The translations under genes and the position numbers were made by a program. 64,000 bases of DNA, taken from the NCBI GenBank assembly GCA_026936335.1, contig JAPMXV010000062.1, positions 186,001 through 250,000 of the forward strand. Reading direction: 5' to 3'. The notes under the pieces were generated by a model, which was not told the DNA's origin, ran no database searches, and saw only the letters and a program-made list of their open reading frames with translations. Below, piece by piece: positions 1 to 12,983 of this stretch; position 1 is the first letter of the stretch, and each line of letters opens with the position of its first letter. Source of the stretch: Mantamonas sphyraenae STR306. Taxonomy: Eukaryota > Protista > CRuMs.

Positions 1-771
1 CCCAGCGAGGCAAGAACAAGCGCAAGAAGGAGAAGAAGGAGGCGCCTGCATGGAAGGCTGGGGAGATCCCAACCACAGGCAAGGCCCAGTCCTTCAAGGA
101 GGACGACGTCGATCCCGTCTTTCTCCAACAACTGGTGGAGTGCGTTTCGTGCCTTTTGCCCCCCCTTTTGGCCCCGCCTTTTGTCCTTTCGGTTCCTTTG
201 CACACACGCACACCTGTGCCTGGCACACCCTACACCCTACCGTTGCATGCCATCGACATACAAGGCGCCCTCGTTGCTCCTTCCATTCGCCAATGGACGC
301 TCTTCCTGGGTACCCCCGCCCCCTGACCCTCTCTCGCTCGCACACCCCGCCGCCAACACAGAGTGTACCAGGGCATCGTCACGGGCTCAGAGAAGAAGGA
401 TGCTTACAACTTTCTGCTTCAGCAGCACGATGATGGCGTGGCTTATTATATGCGCAAGGTCGAGGAGTATGTGGGCGGCCTTGGTAAGTTGATGCCCTCT
501 TGCCGCTATCTTTGTGTTTTGGGGCGAGGGTTCATCCACAATCCAGCGTGTACCTGTGTTGTACAGGCTGCCCTGCTCACCATGCGCCACCACCCCCCAC
601 TGCTCACACAATGTGGATGTGCATGTGCGGCCCACTCATCCAACCTGCAGACACAAAGAAATCCGGGGGCCTGTTTGGCAAGAAGACAAGCAAGGGCGTT
701 GCGCCACTCGTCGTCGTAAGTGAATGGATAGAAGAAGAAGAAGAGAAAGGCATGGCGCAATGTTTGTGCTG

Positions 772-803
<32 letters not shown>

Positions 804-1691
804 CAACCTGCACCACAGCTTGACAAGTACGCACTTGGGTTTGGGTACGGGGATCGCGAGGTGCCACTGAACACCACCGTGGAAGACACATTCACAGCCA
901 CCAACCTTAGCAATCGCAAGGTGAAGTTGAACATCTCGATGCCACCGTCCACGTCCAAGTACACGCTGAAGGTGGAGCCGACGGCGGCGGTGTTGAAGAA
1001 GAAAGGCTCGGTCGACTTTCGGGTGTCCCTGACCTGTTCCACCACAGTCAACGTGCGGCAAGTGGTGGAAATCATTGCCGACGAGGTGTTTCCCATTGTG
1101 GCGTGTGTGAACCTGGTCAGTGAGCGCTCGCAATTTGGCGTGGAGGTGAACCAACTGGATCTGGTCAACGACTACGGCGTCATGGTGCCCAAGGTCCTTG
1201 TCACCATGAAGAATTATTTGTTCGAGCGTCAGGGCCACCTGTCCGAAGGCATTTTCCGCCTGGCTCCCGACGAGGAGGAGAACAGGCTCGTGAAGGAGCA
1301 GCTCAACAAGGGCGAGTTTACAGGCTGCACCGACATCAACTGCATTGCAAACCTCATCAAGGTGTGGTACCGCGAGATGCCCATGCACGTTCTCAACTCT
1401 CTGCCTCCAGAAGCCTTTGCCGACTGCTACGACACAGACACGTGTGTGCAGGCCTACCTTGCCCTGAAGGACCCGTACCAAGCACTCATGAGCTGGATCC
1501 TGGACCTCATGTGCGACATCCATCAACACGAAGGCACCAACAAGATGAGCCTCAAGGCACTCAGCATCGTGGTGTCCCCAAATCTGTTTGAACCGGCCAA
1601 TGACTCGCTGCAGAGCCTCACCCTCAGCCAGAAGATTGCCACCTTTGTCGAGACCATTCTCGAGTGGCGCAAGAACAGCAGGCAAGAGTGA
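1..1691 (+). CDS. RhoGAP-domain protein (5' truncated; exons ~<3-139, 362-483, 651-715, 819-1691)
   Basis: FGV..VP..L...EGIFRLAP (arginine finger)...IANLIKVWYREMP...NKMSLKALSIVVSPNLF; the GT-AG introns join the exons in frame; an Ig/MSP-like beta segment precedes the GAP domain. Confidence 0.9.
772..797. repeat. (CA)n microsatellite in intron
   Basis: Perfect AC run; similar runs occur at ~8065-8093, 18812-18829 and 44495-44517. Confidence 0.95.
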
Positions 1692-1816
1692 CGGAATGGT
1701 GTGGCGGTGGTGGAGATGGTGGAGAGAGAGGAGGTGGATGGACAGCAAGAGAGAGAAAGAGCTGGAAAAACAATGGACAGGAATTCATCAACCGGTTCCA
1801 GATCTCTCCAGATCGA

Positions 1817-4652
1817 TCAAAGGAGCAGCAGGTTGCCGTTGTCGTCGTCGTCACCACCACCACCGCCGCTGCCACCATTGGCGGATACAGAGGAGGCCGA
1901 GGAGGAGCCTGTGACTCCGTCTTCCTCTTCCAGGAGGACACTGAGGGTGCTGTAGCGGTTGGAGTGCTTGCCCTCCTGGCGGGCCTTTGCGGACTTTGTG
2001 GTGGGCAGGAGCAGGTTGTACCATGCCTCTACACCACGCTTGCCAATGAGCCGCTTGAACTTGACGACGGCCAGCATGACAAAGACGGCTTTGCGGAACT
2101 GGGAACGCAGCAGGTAGCTCTTGCGCATCATTTCGGTGAGCGTGGGCATGGCATCCACGGAATCGTCGCCTGCAATCCACGGATGGCGCAGGGCCTCGTC
2201 CACAGTGTAGCGTTCGGACGGGTTGACACGCAGGAGGCGAGTCATGAGGTCGCGTGCGCTGTTGCTGACGTGATCCGGGTAGGTGACGTTGCCCGCGGTG
2301 ATGAGCTCAAACAGCTCGCCGATGTTGTCCGAGTTGAATGGCGGATAGCCACAGATGAGTTGGAAAATGATGACGCCCATGGACCACATGTCGACGCTGG
2401 TGGAGTAGCCGTGTTGCTTGATGATCTCCGGCGCCAGGTACAGGGCGGTGCCACAGTTTGTGTACATCATCTCGTCCTCGCTGTCGACGTCGATGGAGCC
2501 GCTGAGGCCAAAGTCTGCGATTTTGGCCTTGGCAAGGGCGACGTTGGGCACGCTGAGGAGGATGTTGCCCGGCTTCAGGTCTCGGTGCACAATGGACTTG
2601 GAGTGCAGGTACTGAAGTCCGCGGAACACTTGGGCAACGAGGGAGGAGGCCACGGTTTCACTGTACCGATCGCCATTGACAATGAGGTCGGTGAGCTCGC
2701 CGCCGCGCATGTACTCCATCACAATATACAGGGTGTCTTGCTCTTCGCCGACGTCGATGACGTTGACGATGTGGTCGTGGTGCAGCTGCTTCCAGATGTC
2801 CACCTCGCTCTGGTTCATCACCTTGGATCCCTTGATGATCTTGACGGCAGCGATATCGGAGCCCTTGAAGCCGATGCGCACGACAGAAAAAGCGCCCGAC
2901 CCCAATTTCTCGCCCAGCTCCCATCCCTTGACCTTTTTCACACGTCCTCCAATGCTGTACCGTCGCTTGGTGTTGACTCGATGCACGGCAGGCAGGTGAA
3001 GCGAGTCTGCAGAGCTATCTGCGCTGCCGGCGGGCGTGAGTTCCACCACAGCCTGCGGGTCCTCCAACGCCGACCCTGTGTTGTTGTCGGGAAAGTTGAA
3101 GGCGGGCGAGGATCCACCGACGTCCGAGGCCGGCGAGGCCAGAGAGGCGTCGTCGACACTGTCACGGGAGGAGACCTTGTGAATGTGCAGCAGGCCCGAG
3201 GACGACTCGTCCTCGCCGTCGCTGTCGCTGTCGCTGTCTGCATACAAGGAAAGTCGCGACTTGTTGGACTTGCGTCCCTGTGCGCCTTCACTTGCGTTGG
3301 TGCCGTGCACGAGCCGGCTTAACCTGTGCTGCCTGTACTTTTCCAGCGCCTTCATGGTGCTGGAGCCACCGTCGCCGCTGCTCCCTGCGCTTGGCATGGC
3401 GTTTACACTGGCACTGTGAGGGTGCGAGCGGCACGTACATGGCGGTGCGTGTACACACACGGCGTGGTTGGATGTGTGAGCGTGTGAGCGTGTGTGCATG
3501 GCACCGGGAGCCGCCAGAGGGAAGGAAAAAGGGGGCGCTGGGTCAGAAAACGCCTCGGGATGGAAAGGGGACGTACCTGCGGTGAGGACGGGCAGAGGAG
3601 GAGGTGGTGGAGGACCCGGTGTCGTCGAGGATAGGTTTGAATACAGATACGGGAGAGTTGCTGCGGGTGGAGGACGGGGAGGTAGCTGCAGAGGTGGAGG
3701 CGGTGCGTAGCGGGGCAAGCTTCATGTTGCGGAACTGCCGACTGGTGTTATTTACAGGCGAGATTTCGGTCGATCCGCTGCGCTTCATGTTGTGAACTGT
3801 GGTGCTCATGTGTGGATCGGAGGTGCGCTTGACCGCGTTGATGGAGGAGGTGTGTGCACGTGAGCTGGGCGTGAACTGGGAGCTGCTTCGTGAGCGAGTG
3901 CGATTGCTGGCGATGGTGGTTTTCGATCGTTCCCGCGTTTGGAAACGGGGCGAAAGCACGCCGTTGAGGGTGTCTGACTCCTTGACGTGTTGGACCACGG
4001 TGCCATGGTCACTCTTGGCCACGGAGGAGGTGGTGGAGGAACTGCTGGCGCGCTTGTATGTGCGCACGGAGGCCTCCAAGTTGCCGTTGCGCAGGGAGCT
4101 GCGGACAATGGAACCGCTTCGTCCCGTTCCTACAGAGCCGTCCTCGTTGCTTTTTGCGTGTGCACTGCTGCTGCTGCCTGCGCTGATGACACTACTGTTG
4201 CTGCTGCTGCCTGCACTGCCTGTGCTTGCATTGCTGCCTGTGCTGCTTGTGCTATACAGCTGTTTGGTGCTGTTTCTTTCCGTCCCGCTGCTGGTGTTTT
4301 CCACTCGCCCAACCCTGCTGCTGCTGGAGTTCCGTGTGCTCGAACTGCTTGCCGTGCTTGCGGACGAGGCCACCGACGATGTGTTGGCACTCACCAGCGA
4401 CATGAGTTCGGAGCGAGGGATGCGTGCAGAGTTGCGCGACGTGGCTGTGGCTTTCATGTACGAGGGAACGTCGCTGCTTGTGCCCGAGGATGATTTGCCA
4501 TGCCCGCTGCTGCCGCCACTGCCGCCGCCGCCGCCGCCGCTCCGGCCCTGGCCCTGCACCGACCCCGAACGGGCCGACGACAGCGCCGTCCGTTGATTGC
4601 GAATGGAGGACGTCGATCCTGACGATCGCGTCTTTCCAATGGTGGTTCTCAT
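1817..4652 (-). CDS. CAMK-group Ser/Thr kinase (CaMK1-like) with long Ser-rich N-terminus; exons 4652-3577 and 3413-1817, ~890 aa
   Basis: GSGAFS, AVK, HRDLKPGN, DFG, CGTALYLAPE, DMWSMGV motifs; post-kinase FRKAVFVMLAVVKF resembles a calmodulin-binding helix; intron GTACGT..CACAG keeps frame. Confidence 0.9.
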
Positions 4653-4848
4653 GCCGAGGGTGGCAACTGAGCGAGTTTGTTTGGCCGCCCCCGAGAGGTG
4701 GGAGATGGGGGGGAGTGGAAGGGGCGAGAGAGGAGAAGGGAATGAGAAACGGGGAATGGTGAGGAGGGAGAGGCGAGAGGAGAGTGAGAGTGAGAGTGAG
4801 AGAGAGGTGGCGAACTCTGTGCCAAAACAACACCAGCTACCAAACAGG

Positions 4849-6958
4849 ATGAGCCGTCCAGGAAGCCGAATGGGCATGGGTGGTATGAACATGGGCATGG
4901 GCATGGGCATGGGCAGCACAGCACGGCGTCCGGGCTCGCGAGGGGGCATGATGACGTCGCAGGGACGCCTGGGAACGGCGCAGCGCTTGGGCACCGCACA
5001 GCCAGGCATCGTGGTCAACCAAAGCAGTGAGTTGGCATAAGCAAACAGAGCAAGCAGGAGGGATGAGAAGGGAGGGACACAGGCACATGCAAATGCCATG
5101 CGTGCCTGGCAAGCGGCGGGGATTGCCGACGAAGCGGGGCAAAGGCGCGCGCCAAAACGGCTTTCGTTGGCAGCGAACGCCTGGGAGGGTGTGGAGGCGC
5201 AGCGGCGATGCGTGTACATACATGACCGGGTGATGAGGGAGGGCGGATGCACAGAGACGACGATGGGTGGTAGGAACGGGCGTGAAACTGACATCGGAAG
5301 GGCATGCGGGGGCGTTTGTGTGGCTGCGTTTTTTCGAAGCGGTGGGGATTGGCAGCGAGATCGGGCGCGGAAACTCTGAAATCAAGAAGCACGGGATGGT
5401 GAGTGCACGTGCACCGCCGACAGCTACACAGCGTACACTGCTGGACAACAACTACTACCTGCACGAGCTGAACAACCGGATCAAGCTGCTGCAGGACGAG
5501 ATTGGAACGATGAACAAGGAAACGGCCGAGCTGGACACAAACATCAACGCCTACAGCGCGTTGCAGCGCAAGTACGAACAGCTCAACGGGGAGGTGAAGG
5601 ACATGCAGGGCCAACTGGCAGACTACAACCTGATGGTGGACAAGATGCGCATGGAGGCGGACCCGGAAGAGGTGGAGCTGGAGTACAAGCATCTGGCCAG
5701 GCAGAACGAGGCGGAGAACAGCAAGGTGGACGCGGTGTTTACGGAACGCACGTCGCTGGAGGATGAGTTGAAGCAGGTGCAGGCGAGCATCGAACAGATC
5801 CACGCAGAGGAGCAAGAGAGCGTGAGCGGACTGCCGGAAGAACGGCGTTCGCAGTATGCAGCCATGAGCCAGGACAACAACGTGTACATTGCTCAGATCA
5901 GCGAGAAGGAAACGGAACTGAGCGAGTGGAACGAAAAGGGCCGGCTGGCAGAGGAGGCACTGAGCAAGGAGCCGCTGAAGCAGCAGGCGTCGTTCCTGCT
6001 GGAACAGAAGCGGCAGCTGATGAAGAAGCGCAACGAAATGGAGGCGGAAGACTCGAAGCAGAGGCAACTGAGTGTGCCGGAGGAGAAGGAGCAGCTGCGC
6101 AAGGAGGCGCAGGAGGGGGCTGCCGAAATCCAGTTTCTGGACCGGCAGTCGCGCGAGCTGCAAAGCCAGATCAAGATGTACAAGGAGCAGATGGCACAGT
6201 TGGACGACGAGTTGTCGGACTACACGGAGGAGCGCGTGCGCAACTGGAAGGAGATGCAGGCGCACGATCGGGGCCTTCAGGCAAAGATCGACTCGTTTGA
6301 AGAGCAACAGGCAGCGGGACGCAAGGCGCTGGCGGACGCCCAGGAGGTGATTGTGTCTCTGTTGCAGTCGATCAGCAAGGGACTGAAACACGAGAGCAGC
6401 ATGCCGAGCAGTGAGGGGTACGAAAAGGCGCGCACGCAACTGGACCTGAAGTCGCGCACAAAGATGGAGTCGGAGGCGACGAGCGAAATGGTGATGGAGG
6501 AACTGTCGCAGCGCAAGGCCGAATTGGAAAAGATCAACTCGCTGGACGAGCGCATCACGGCGGAGATGGCACATCTGAAGAGCCAAACGCAGGAGCACAA
6601 GCGAGAGCTGGAGGCCATGCACGACCTGGACGCACTCAAGGAGGAGTTTGAGCAGAAGCGCATGCGGCTGGTGGCACGGCGGGAAAAGATTGAGGAGCGA
6701 CGCAGTGCGCTGCGTCAGCGTGTGCAGCTGGCGCACCACGAGAACAAGAAGCGGTTTGAGAAGCTGCAGGCAGACGACACAGCCTCGGTGCTGGACAAGC
6801 TGGAGCACAGCATCCGACACAAAGAACAGCTGAACTTTGCCACACGGGAAATGGTGGATGCCAAGCTGCGCGAGAGCGACTATGCCAGCATCAGCGTCGA
6901 CGTGCGCAGGCAGGTGGATGAGCTCAACGGCATGTTGATTCGTGGCCTTGGCTTTTAA
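4849..6958 (+). CDS. IFT74: Intraflagellar transport protein 74 homologue (intron from ~5027; exact acceptor uncertain)
   Basis: Basic RPGSR/GTA N-terminus, then QRTLLDNNYYL...LQGQLADYNLMVDK...VDAVFTER and a long coiled coil. Confidence 0.85.
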
Positions 6959-7007
6959 TGGAGTGGAATGGAGAGTGGCGCGGTTGAATACACAGGTCCA
7001 TGCCACT

Positions 7008-7988
7008 TTATGATGAGGAGGAGGATGATGATGATGAGGAGGAGGAGGTGGTGGATTCCAAGAGCGAATCGGCAAAGCCCAGCGCTATGAGATCTTTCCA
7101 GGTGTCCTCGGGTCGGGAGAGGGTCTGCATGCTGTACATGTCGAGGAATCCGGTGAGGGTGAGGCTGCCGTCTTCGGTGCACTCGAAGAAACTGCGGATC
7201 TCCTCGAGCTCTTCGGTGGAGAAGGATTCGCCTCCGTTGCAGGCCTTGGAGAAGGCAAGGAGCTCGTCGGTGCTAAGGACGTCGTCTCCGTCGCTGTCAA
7301 ATCTGAGGGAGGCCAATGGAGGGCGGGTGAGTGGGTTGTGTGAGGGACGGGGAAGGAAAGAAATGGTGCACAACGTACTTGTGAAAGATCAGAGTGAGGA
7401 CCGACGTGGCAGCCTCACTCATGTCGCTGTCACCCAGAAGAAAGTCTTCGACGTGGTTTGTGTACTCGTAGCGGTCCTGCTGCTGTGATTTGCTGAAGGA
7501 GGAGGAGGAGGAAGAGGAGGAAGAGGACGAGGACGAGGATTGGGTGGGAAAGGCCAGCAATTCCTCGGCAAAGCCCAGGGCAACAAGGTCGTTCCAGGTG
7601 TCCTCTGGCCGAGACATGGTCTGCATGCTGTACATGTCGAGGAAACCAGCAAGGGTGAGGGCACCGTCTTTGTTGCACTCGAAAAAGTTGCGGATCTCTT
7701 CAAGTTCTTCGTCGGAGAAGGACTCGCCGCCGTTGCAGGCCTTGGAGTAGGCAAGCAGTTCATGGATGCTAAGGGCACCGTCGCCATCCGAGTCAAATCT
7801 GGTGGTGGGTGAGTGAGTGAGTGAACAAGGGGAGGCGAGAGAGAGAGAGAGAGAGAAAGAGCAAGGCATGTGAGAACACACACGCACTTGTGAAAGACAA
7901 GGGTGAGGACAGAAGTGGCAGCGGCACTCATGTCGGTGTCGCCCATGAGAAGGTCCTCGACTGTGCTGGAGTAGGTGAGTTCGGACAT
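7008..7988 (-). CDS. EF-hand protein of two tandem Miro-like EF-hand modules; exons 7988-7888, 7798-7379, 7302-7008 (271 aa)
   Basis: Two copies of FDSDGDxxLSxxEL...GxLTLxGFLDMYxxQT...PEDTWxDLxALGF; both introns GT-AG and in frame. Confidence 0.85.
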
Positions 7989-8103
7989 TGTGTTTGATGT
8001 GGGAGAACGGAACTGCAACACACGCGTTGGTTCAACCAAGGCGAGTTGGATCTGCATTTTGCAAACACACACAGACACACACACACACACACACGTGGAC
8101 ACA

Positions 8104-9878
8104 ATGATGCATCGCAACACGCCGATTCGCAGCAACGTGAGCGCGCTGAACCAGTCGTTGCGGATTGTAGAGTACGAGTCGGACAGCGAGTACTCGGAAG
8201 ATGGATCATCGAGTGACGATGGACAGTATGAGACGCAACAAGCACGTCAGTGGATTGTGTTGCCGCACGACCGGCCGGTGCAGGGATTCCAGTCGGAGTT
8301 TAACGCGCCGGTGGGCGCGGTGCGCGCGGTTGCTCATCGACACAGCGTGGGAGGACAGCGTGGCGGACGCGTGGCCTTTGCCGAATCCGACCCCAGCGAA
8401 GAGACAGAGTTGGAGGAGGATGTGGACATGTTTCTGGACGACCAGCAGTTTAGCGCAAAGGTAGGCGGGAAGCGACGAGAATTTCTGGGCGCGCGCGCAT
8501 CGCAAACGGTCGTCGAGCGCGGGAAGAGTGTGCCCGGGAGTGGGGGGAGGGGGTTTGGCAAACACAAAAGGGGGGGAAGTTGACACACATGGACAACACC
8601 ACCTGTGATGGGGTGATGGGTGGGTACGCACAGCGCATGGCACAGGAGATTGCTCAGCACGTGGCGGAAGAACAAGAAGAAAAGCAGGAACAGCTGGCGG
8701 CGTTCCGTCGCACGCTGATGCAACGTCTGCGCGCACACGAGGAAGCGAGTGCAGAGCAGGAAGCACTGCGTGAGGAGCAGTTGCACAACGCCATCCACAC
8801 ACACATCAACTTGTCAAACCGCTCGCGGAACGGAGACGCCGGCGAGCTCCGACACGCAGCGGTAGGGCAACGCATGGACACCATGCGTGCATCGACGTCG
8901 ATGGCACGCCAGGCATTGGTGGCACGCAGCACGGCGGCACAACAGGCGCAGGAGGAGGAGGAGCGGGCACGCGCTGCGGCGTCGGGTTCGGTGGGGCGCA
9001 AACACGGTCCTGCGCAGGCGTGGACGGCCGAGGGACGCGTGGTGGACGTGCGTGGTGGCCAACAGGCCGAGTATCCGCACATTGTGACGCAGGATGAGGA
9101 TGACTCGTTTGTGGTGGACGATTATGGGAACGCGGCCGGGGTGCGAGCCTCTGCAGCCGCTGTGGAGGCAGGTCTGAACGACAGCCGTGACCAGATTGTG
9201 GTGAAGCACACCGAGAGGGGCGTGGTGAACCCGCGTGCCCCCATGCAGGTGCTGTACCATCCCAAGAAAGGCAAAGGCAACCACGGCGGAGTAGACGGAG
9301 GCAGCAGCTCGCGCTCGTCGAACAAGGGCAACAGTGGTGCTGGTGGCGACAAGAAGGACTTTGAATGGACGGCGGGCGATGAGAAGCGCATGTACGACCA
9401 GGTGCGTCGCAACGAAATGATCCTGGAGCGAAAGCGAGTGCAGCAGCGCAACGAACGTGCCAAGCGCGCAGAACGTGCAGCGAAGCGCAAGGCGGTACGC
9501 GAGAGGCGCAAGCGACAGAAGGAGGCGGAGCGAGAGCGACAGCGTGCAGAGGAGGAGGAACGACAGAGGCAGGAGGCCAGCGAGGAGAAGGATGTGCAGA
9601 AGGAAACGCGCACACGCACCATCCAGGCAGAGAAGAAGAAGGTGCGCAAGCAGAGGGAGCACCAACGGTATGTGGAGGCCCTGCAGAAGAACCTGATGGA
9701 CAAGATCGATGCAGCGGTGAAGAGTTCGGGCCAGGAATTGCCGCAGCTGTGTGACTGTGGCATCCCGTTGCTGCAGAACCACGCACAGAGCTGTGCCAAC
9801 AACTGCATCTACTACGGGAACCCCGACGGGTATCTCAAGGCGCTTGTGGATTTGCTTGTGTGCATGGGGATCGAGTAA
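8104..9878 (+). CDS. CCDC15: Coiled-coil centriolar protein CCDC15-like; exons 8104-8460 and 8634-9878
   Basis: C-terminal RYVEAL...LPQLCDCG...HAQSCANNCIYY matches the CCDC15 Cys motif as I recall it; N-terminal PVGA motif. Confidence 0.75.
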
Positions 9879-9944
9879 TGAGGAAGGAGACACAGACACA
9901 TGATCGGTGAATTGTCCCGCCCCCCCCTACCGGATTAAATCTCA

Positions 9945-10718
9945 TCAACTCTCTTGGGTGATGTGCGTGGCTGAGGACCCTCCACCCAACATGGCCACAA
10001 TGGTCGGGTGGTTGTGCTGTGAAGCCAGGGTCAGGGCCGTGTCACCGTCTGCGTTGGCAAGCTCGGTGTCGGCTCCCTTTTCCAGCAGCAGTTTGACCTT
10101 GGCTTCGTTTCCCTGCTTGCACGCATGCATCAGTGCCGTCCATCCGTCCTTGTCTGCTGTGTTGACCTCTGCCCCGTTGTTCAGAAGTAGTTCCACGCTG
10201 TCCTCGTGTCCATGCTCACTTGCTGCCATCAATGCTGTCTTGCCGTTGTCATCCACAAGGTTTGCAGATGCCCCCCTGTCCAAAAGCATGTCCACAGTGT
10301 CGCAATGGCCGTTCTTGGCAGCCAAGAAAAGAGACCACGTGCCATCCGCTCCCTTTGCGTCCATCGACGCTTGCTTGTCCACCAACATCTCGGCAACCAG
10401 GCATTCGCCCTGTTCGCTAGCAATCATCATTGCCGTCCATCCGCGTGTGTCTCTAGCATCTACATCTGCCCCCTTTTCCAGAAGTACCTTGACGTTGGCT
10501 TCGTTTCCCTGCTTGCACGCATGCATCAGTGCCGTCCATCCGTCCTTGTCTGCTGTGTTGACCTCTGCCCCGTTGTTGAGAACTTGTTCGACACTGTGCT
10601 CGTGTCCATGCTCGCTACCCAAGGATTCGTCTTCAGGACGTTCCACCAATTGCACCGACTGCCTGGAGTTTTCTTGGACAGCATCGATCAACTCTCCAGG
10701 CCCATGTGGTGTGGTCAT
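9945..10718 (-). CDS. Ankyrin-repeat protein (~257 aa, intronless)
   Basis: Repeated GxTALxxAxxxGxxxxVxxLLxxGAD; one ~50-aa segment is duplicated 396 nt apart. Confidence 0.9.
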   Translation of the reverse strand: MTTPHGPGELIDAVQENSRQSVQLVERPEDESLGSEHGHEHSVEQVLNNGAEVNTADKDGWTALMHACKQGNEANVKVLLEKGADVDARDTRGWTAMMIASEQGECLVAEMLVDKQASMDAKGADGTWSLFLAAKNGHCDTVDMLLDRGASANLVDDNGKTALMAASEHGHEDSVELLLNNGAEVNTADKDGWTALMHACKQGNEAKVKLLLEKGADTELANADGDTALTLASQHNHPTIVAMLGGGSSATHITQES

Positions 10719-10854
10719 CGTGATTTGTGATGGGGCGCAGTCCGCATGGTGGGTGAGGGAAGGAAACAGCGATGACGCTCGGTCGCAAAGCCGTATCCAC
10801 ACATGCAACCTCACACGGTGTATACGCTTTGCTGGCCAATTATTCTCGATCGCA

Positions 10855-10926
10855 GGCGGATTAGTGTAGTGGTTAGCACGGAAGATTCTGATTCTTTCAA
10901 CCCGGGTTCGAATCCCGGATCTGCCT
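10855..10926 (+). tRNA. tRNA-Gln (anticodon CTG)
   Basis: Cloverleaf: acceptor GGCGGAT/ATCTGCC, D-arm AGTGGTTAG, anticodon loop TT-CTG-AT, T-arm CCGGG-TTCGAAT-CCCGG. Confidence 0.95.
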
Positions 10927-10937
10927 CTTCTGCTTTC

Positions 10938-10948
10938 TTTTTCTTTTT
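10938..10948 (+). terminator. Pol III oligo-T terminator of tRNA-Gln(CTG)
   Basis: TTTTTCTTTTT 11 nt downstream of the tRNA. Confidence 0.7.
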
Positions 10949-11070
10949 GTCGTTCCAGGTCCCCACATCCACAGCCATTCCTGTCCCCTCCCTCCTCCTC
11001 ACACAACCTGCCCCTCATCATTCCACATCATCATCTATTCCAACCATGTCAACTATGTACACACACACAC

Positions 11071-12846
11071 CTACTGGCTCGCTTTCGCCTCTCCCAGCCA
11101 CCCCTGCACATTCCGCCCATCCACCTCCACCCACGGCACCACAAACTGTGCCGGCTGGTACCACCAATCCCTTGCAATCCCTTCCACCACACGACACTTC
11201 TCCCCGCCTTCCTTCGCACGCCCCACCCCGTCTGCAAGCTGCTCGCCCCACGCCTCCACCATCCTTCCCCGCTCCTCCTCCACCGCCCGCACAAGTTCAT
11301 CCACCCCTTCATCCACCTCCACCCTGCTCCTCCTCTCTGCTCCCTCCTCATCCTCATCCCACTGTCCCCCCTTCCCTCGCCATTCCTCCACACGTCCCAT
11401 CCCGTTCTTCCAGCTGCGCTCCCATCCCACAACCTTCCTCTCTGCCTCCCACGCCTCACACGCCTGTGCCCCTCTGCTCCACCACGTCTCCAGCTCCTCG
11501 TCTCCTGCCTCCCGCCATTCCACCGCTCCTTCCACAACCTCCAGCATCCGATCCACATCCCTCCGCAGCTCCTCACGCACAAACGCTCCCATCTCCATCC
11601 CGTTCTCCTCCACCCACCGTCTGCTCTCCTCTACCTCTCGTAGCACACGTCCAATCCGCCCCGATTGTCCTCGCAATGCCTCCTGTCCAGCCTCAATCTC
11701 TTGCCACCGCTGCTTCACCTCCCCCAGATCCCCCACCTGCGCCTCCCGCTCCTTCTCCAGCTCCACCAGCATTCCCTCCACCCGTTCCAGCACCCCACGC
11801 TCTGCTTCCACCTTCCACTCCATCGCCTCCACCCCCAGCTCCTCCTCTGCATCCGCCCCATCCACCACTGCCTTGTACACTGCCTCCTCTCGTTCTCGCA
11901 GCCCCTCCCATTGCCGGTGTGCCTCGTTCAGCGCCGCTTCACTCTCCATGTACTGCCACACGTGCCGTTCTCGTCGCTGTGCCAGCAGCTCCTCGATGCT
12001 CTCCACCTCCTCCCCGTTCCCTGTTGCCCCTTCCATTGCCTCTGCCTCCTTGCTCACATCCAACACAGCGCTCTCGTGTGCCACACGTGCCGTGTCCATC
12101 TTGGCCACACGTGCCAGCTCTTCCACCAATGCCCCTGCGCTCACTTTGCTCACCACTCCGTCTGCCCCAGCCAATGCCTCTCGCACCACTCGCATGCTCA
12201 GACTCTCCTGCTTGTTCTCTGTCGAGTAGAACTGCTGCTTGCTTGCACCCACCACCTCGTCCGCCTCTCGCATCCTCTCCTCCACCCGTCGTCGGTACTC
12301 GCCAAACACACGCTCTTCCTGTTCCCCAGCCCGTCTCCCTCCGCGCATGCTCCACACCCGTGCCTTGCTCCGTCCTGTCTCTTCCCTTCTCTCTCCCACC
12401 TGCTTCTCTGTGCTCCATCGTCCCCTTTGGTGTCAGCTTCTCCATCAGCATTGCCCCCATCCGTCTCCTGCGCGCCAAAATTACTCACCCCATTGCCATA
12501 CTCCCTCCTCTGCCTCCTCCACCTCTCGTCCCAGCGCCCCAACCTGTGTTTCCAGTGCACGCAGTTCCTCCTTCAGTCGCTCCCTCTCTGCATTCGCCTC
12601 CTCCCACGCTGCCTCCGCCGCTGAGTCTCGGTTCCCGGCCACCCGCAGATTCCCTCGTATCTCCTCAGCCCGGCCCTCACTCATCACATGCCTCGTCAGG
12701 TGTTCCCACACCCCACGCATCTCTCCTCGACACACCTCCTCCATCGCCCCAGCCTCCCCTATGCTCTCCTGTCCCGCGTACCCGAGTTCCTCCTCCGCCC
12801 ATCGCGTCACTCGTCCTCCCAGTCTCTCCTGTCCCTCCTTGTTTCT

Positions 12847-12878
<32 letters not shown>

Positions 12879-12900
12879 GTTGCCCTCTTTTGCTGCTCAT
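11071..12900 (-). CDS. HAUS5: Augmin/HAUS complex subunit 5, copy 1; exons 12900-12489 and 12407-11071
   Basis: N-terminal WAEEELG...CRGEMRGVWEHLTRHV...IRGNL and C-terminal WWYQPAQFVVPWVEVDG..V..W resemble HAUS5/AUG5; an 81-nt GTGAGT..GCACAG intron restores frame. Confidence 0.85.
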
Positions 12901-12983
12901 TCGCAACACCAACAACCCTTCCTGTTTGTTTCTTGGATTGGGTTCCTTTGCACACGCCTGTGCGTCCCTCACACACACACACA

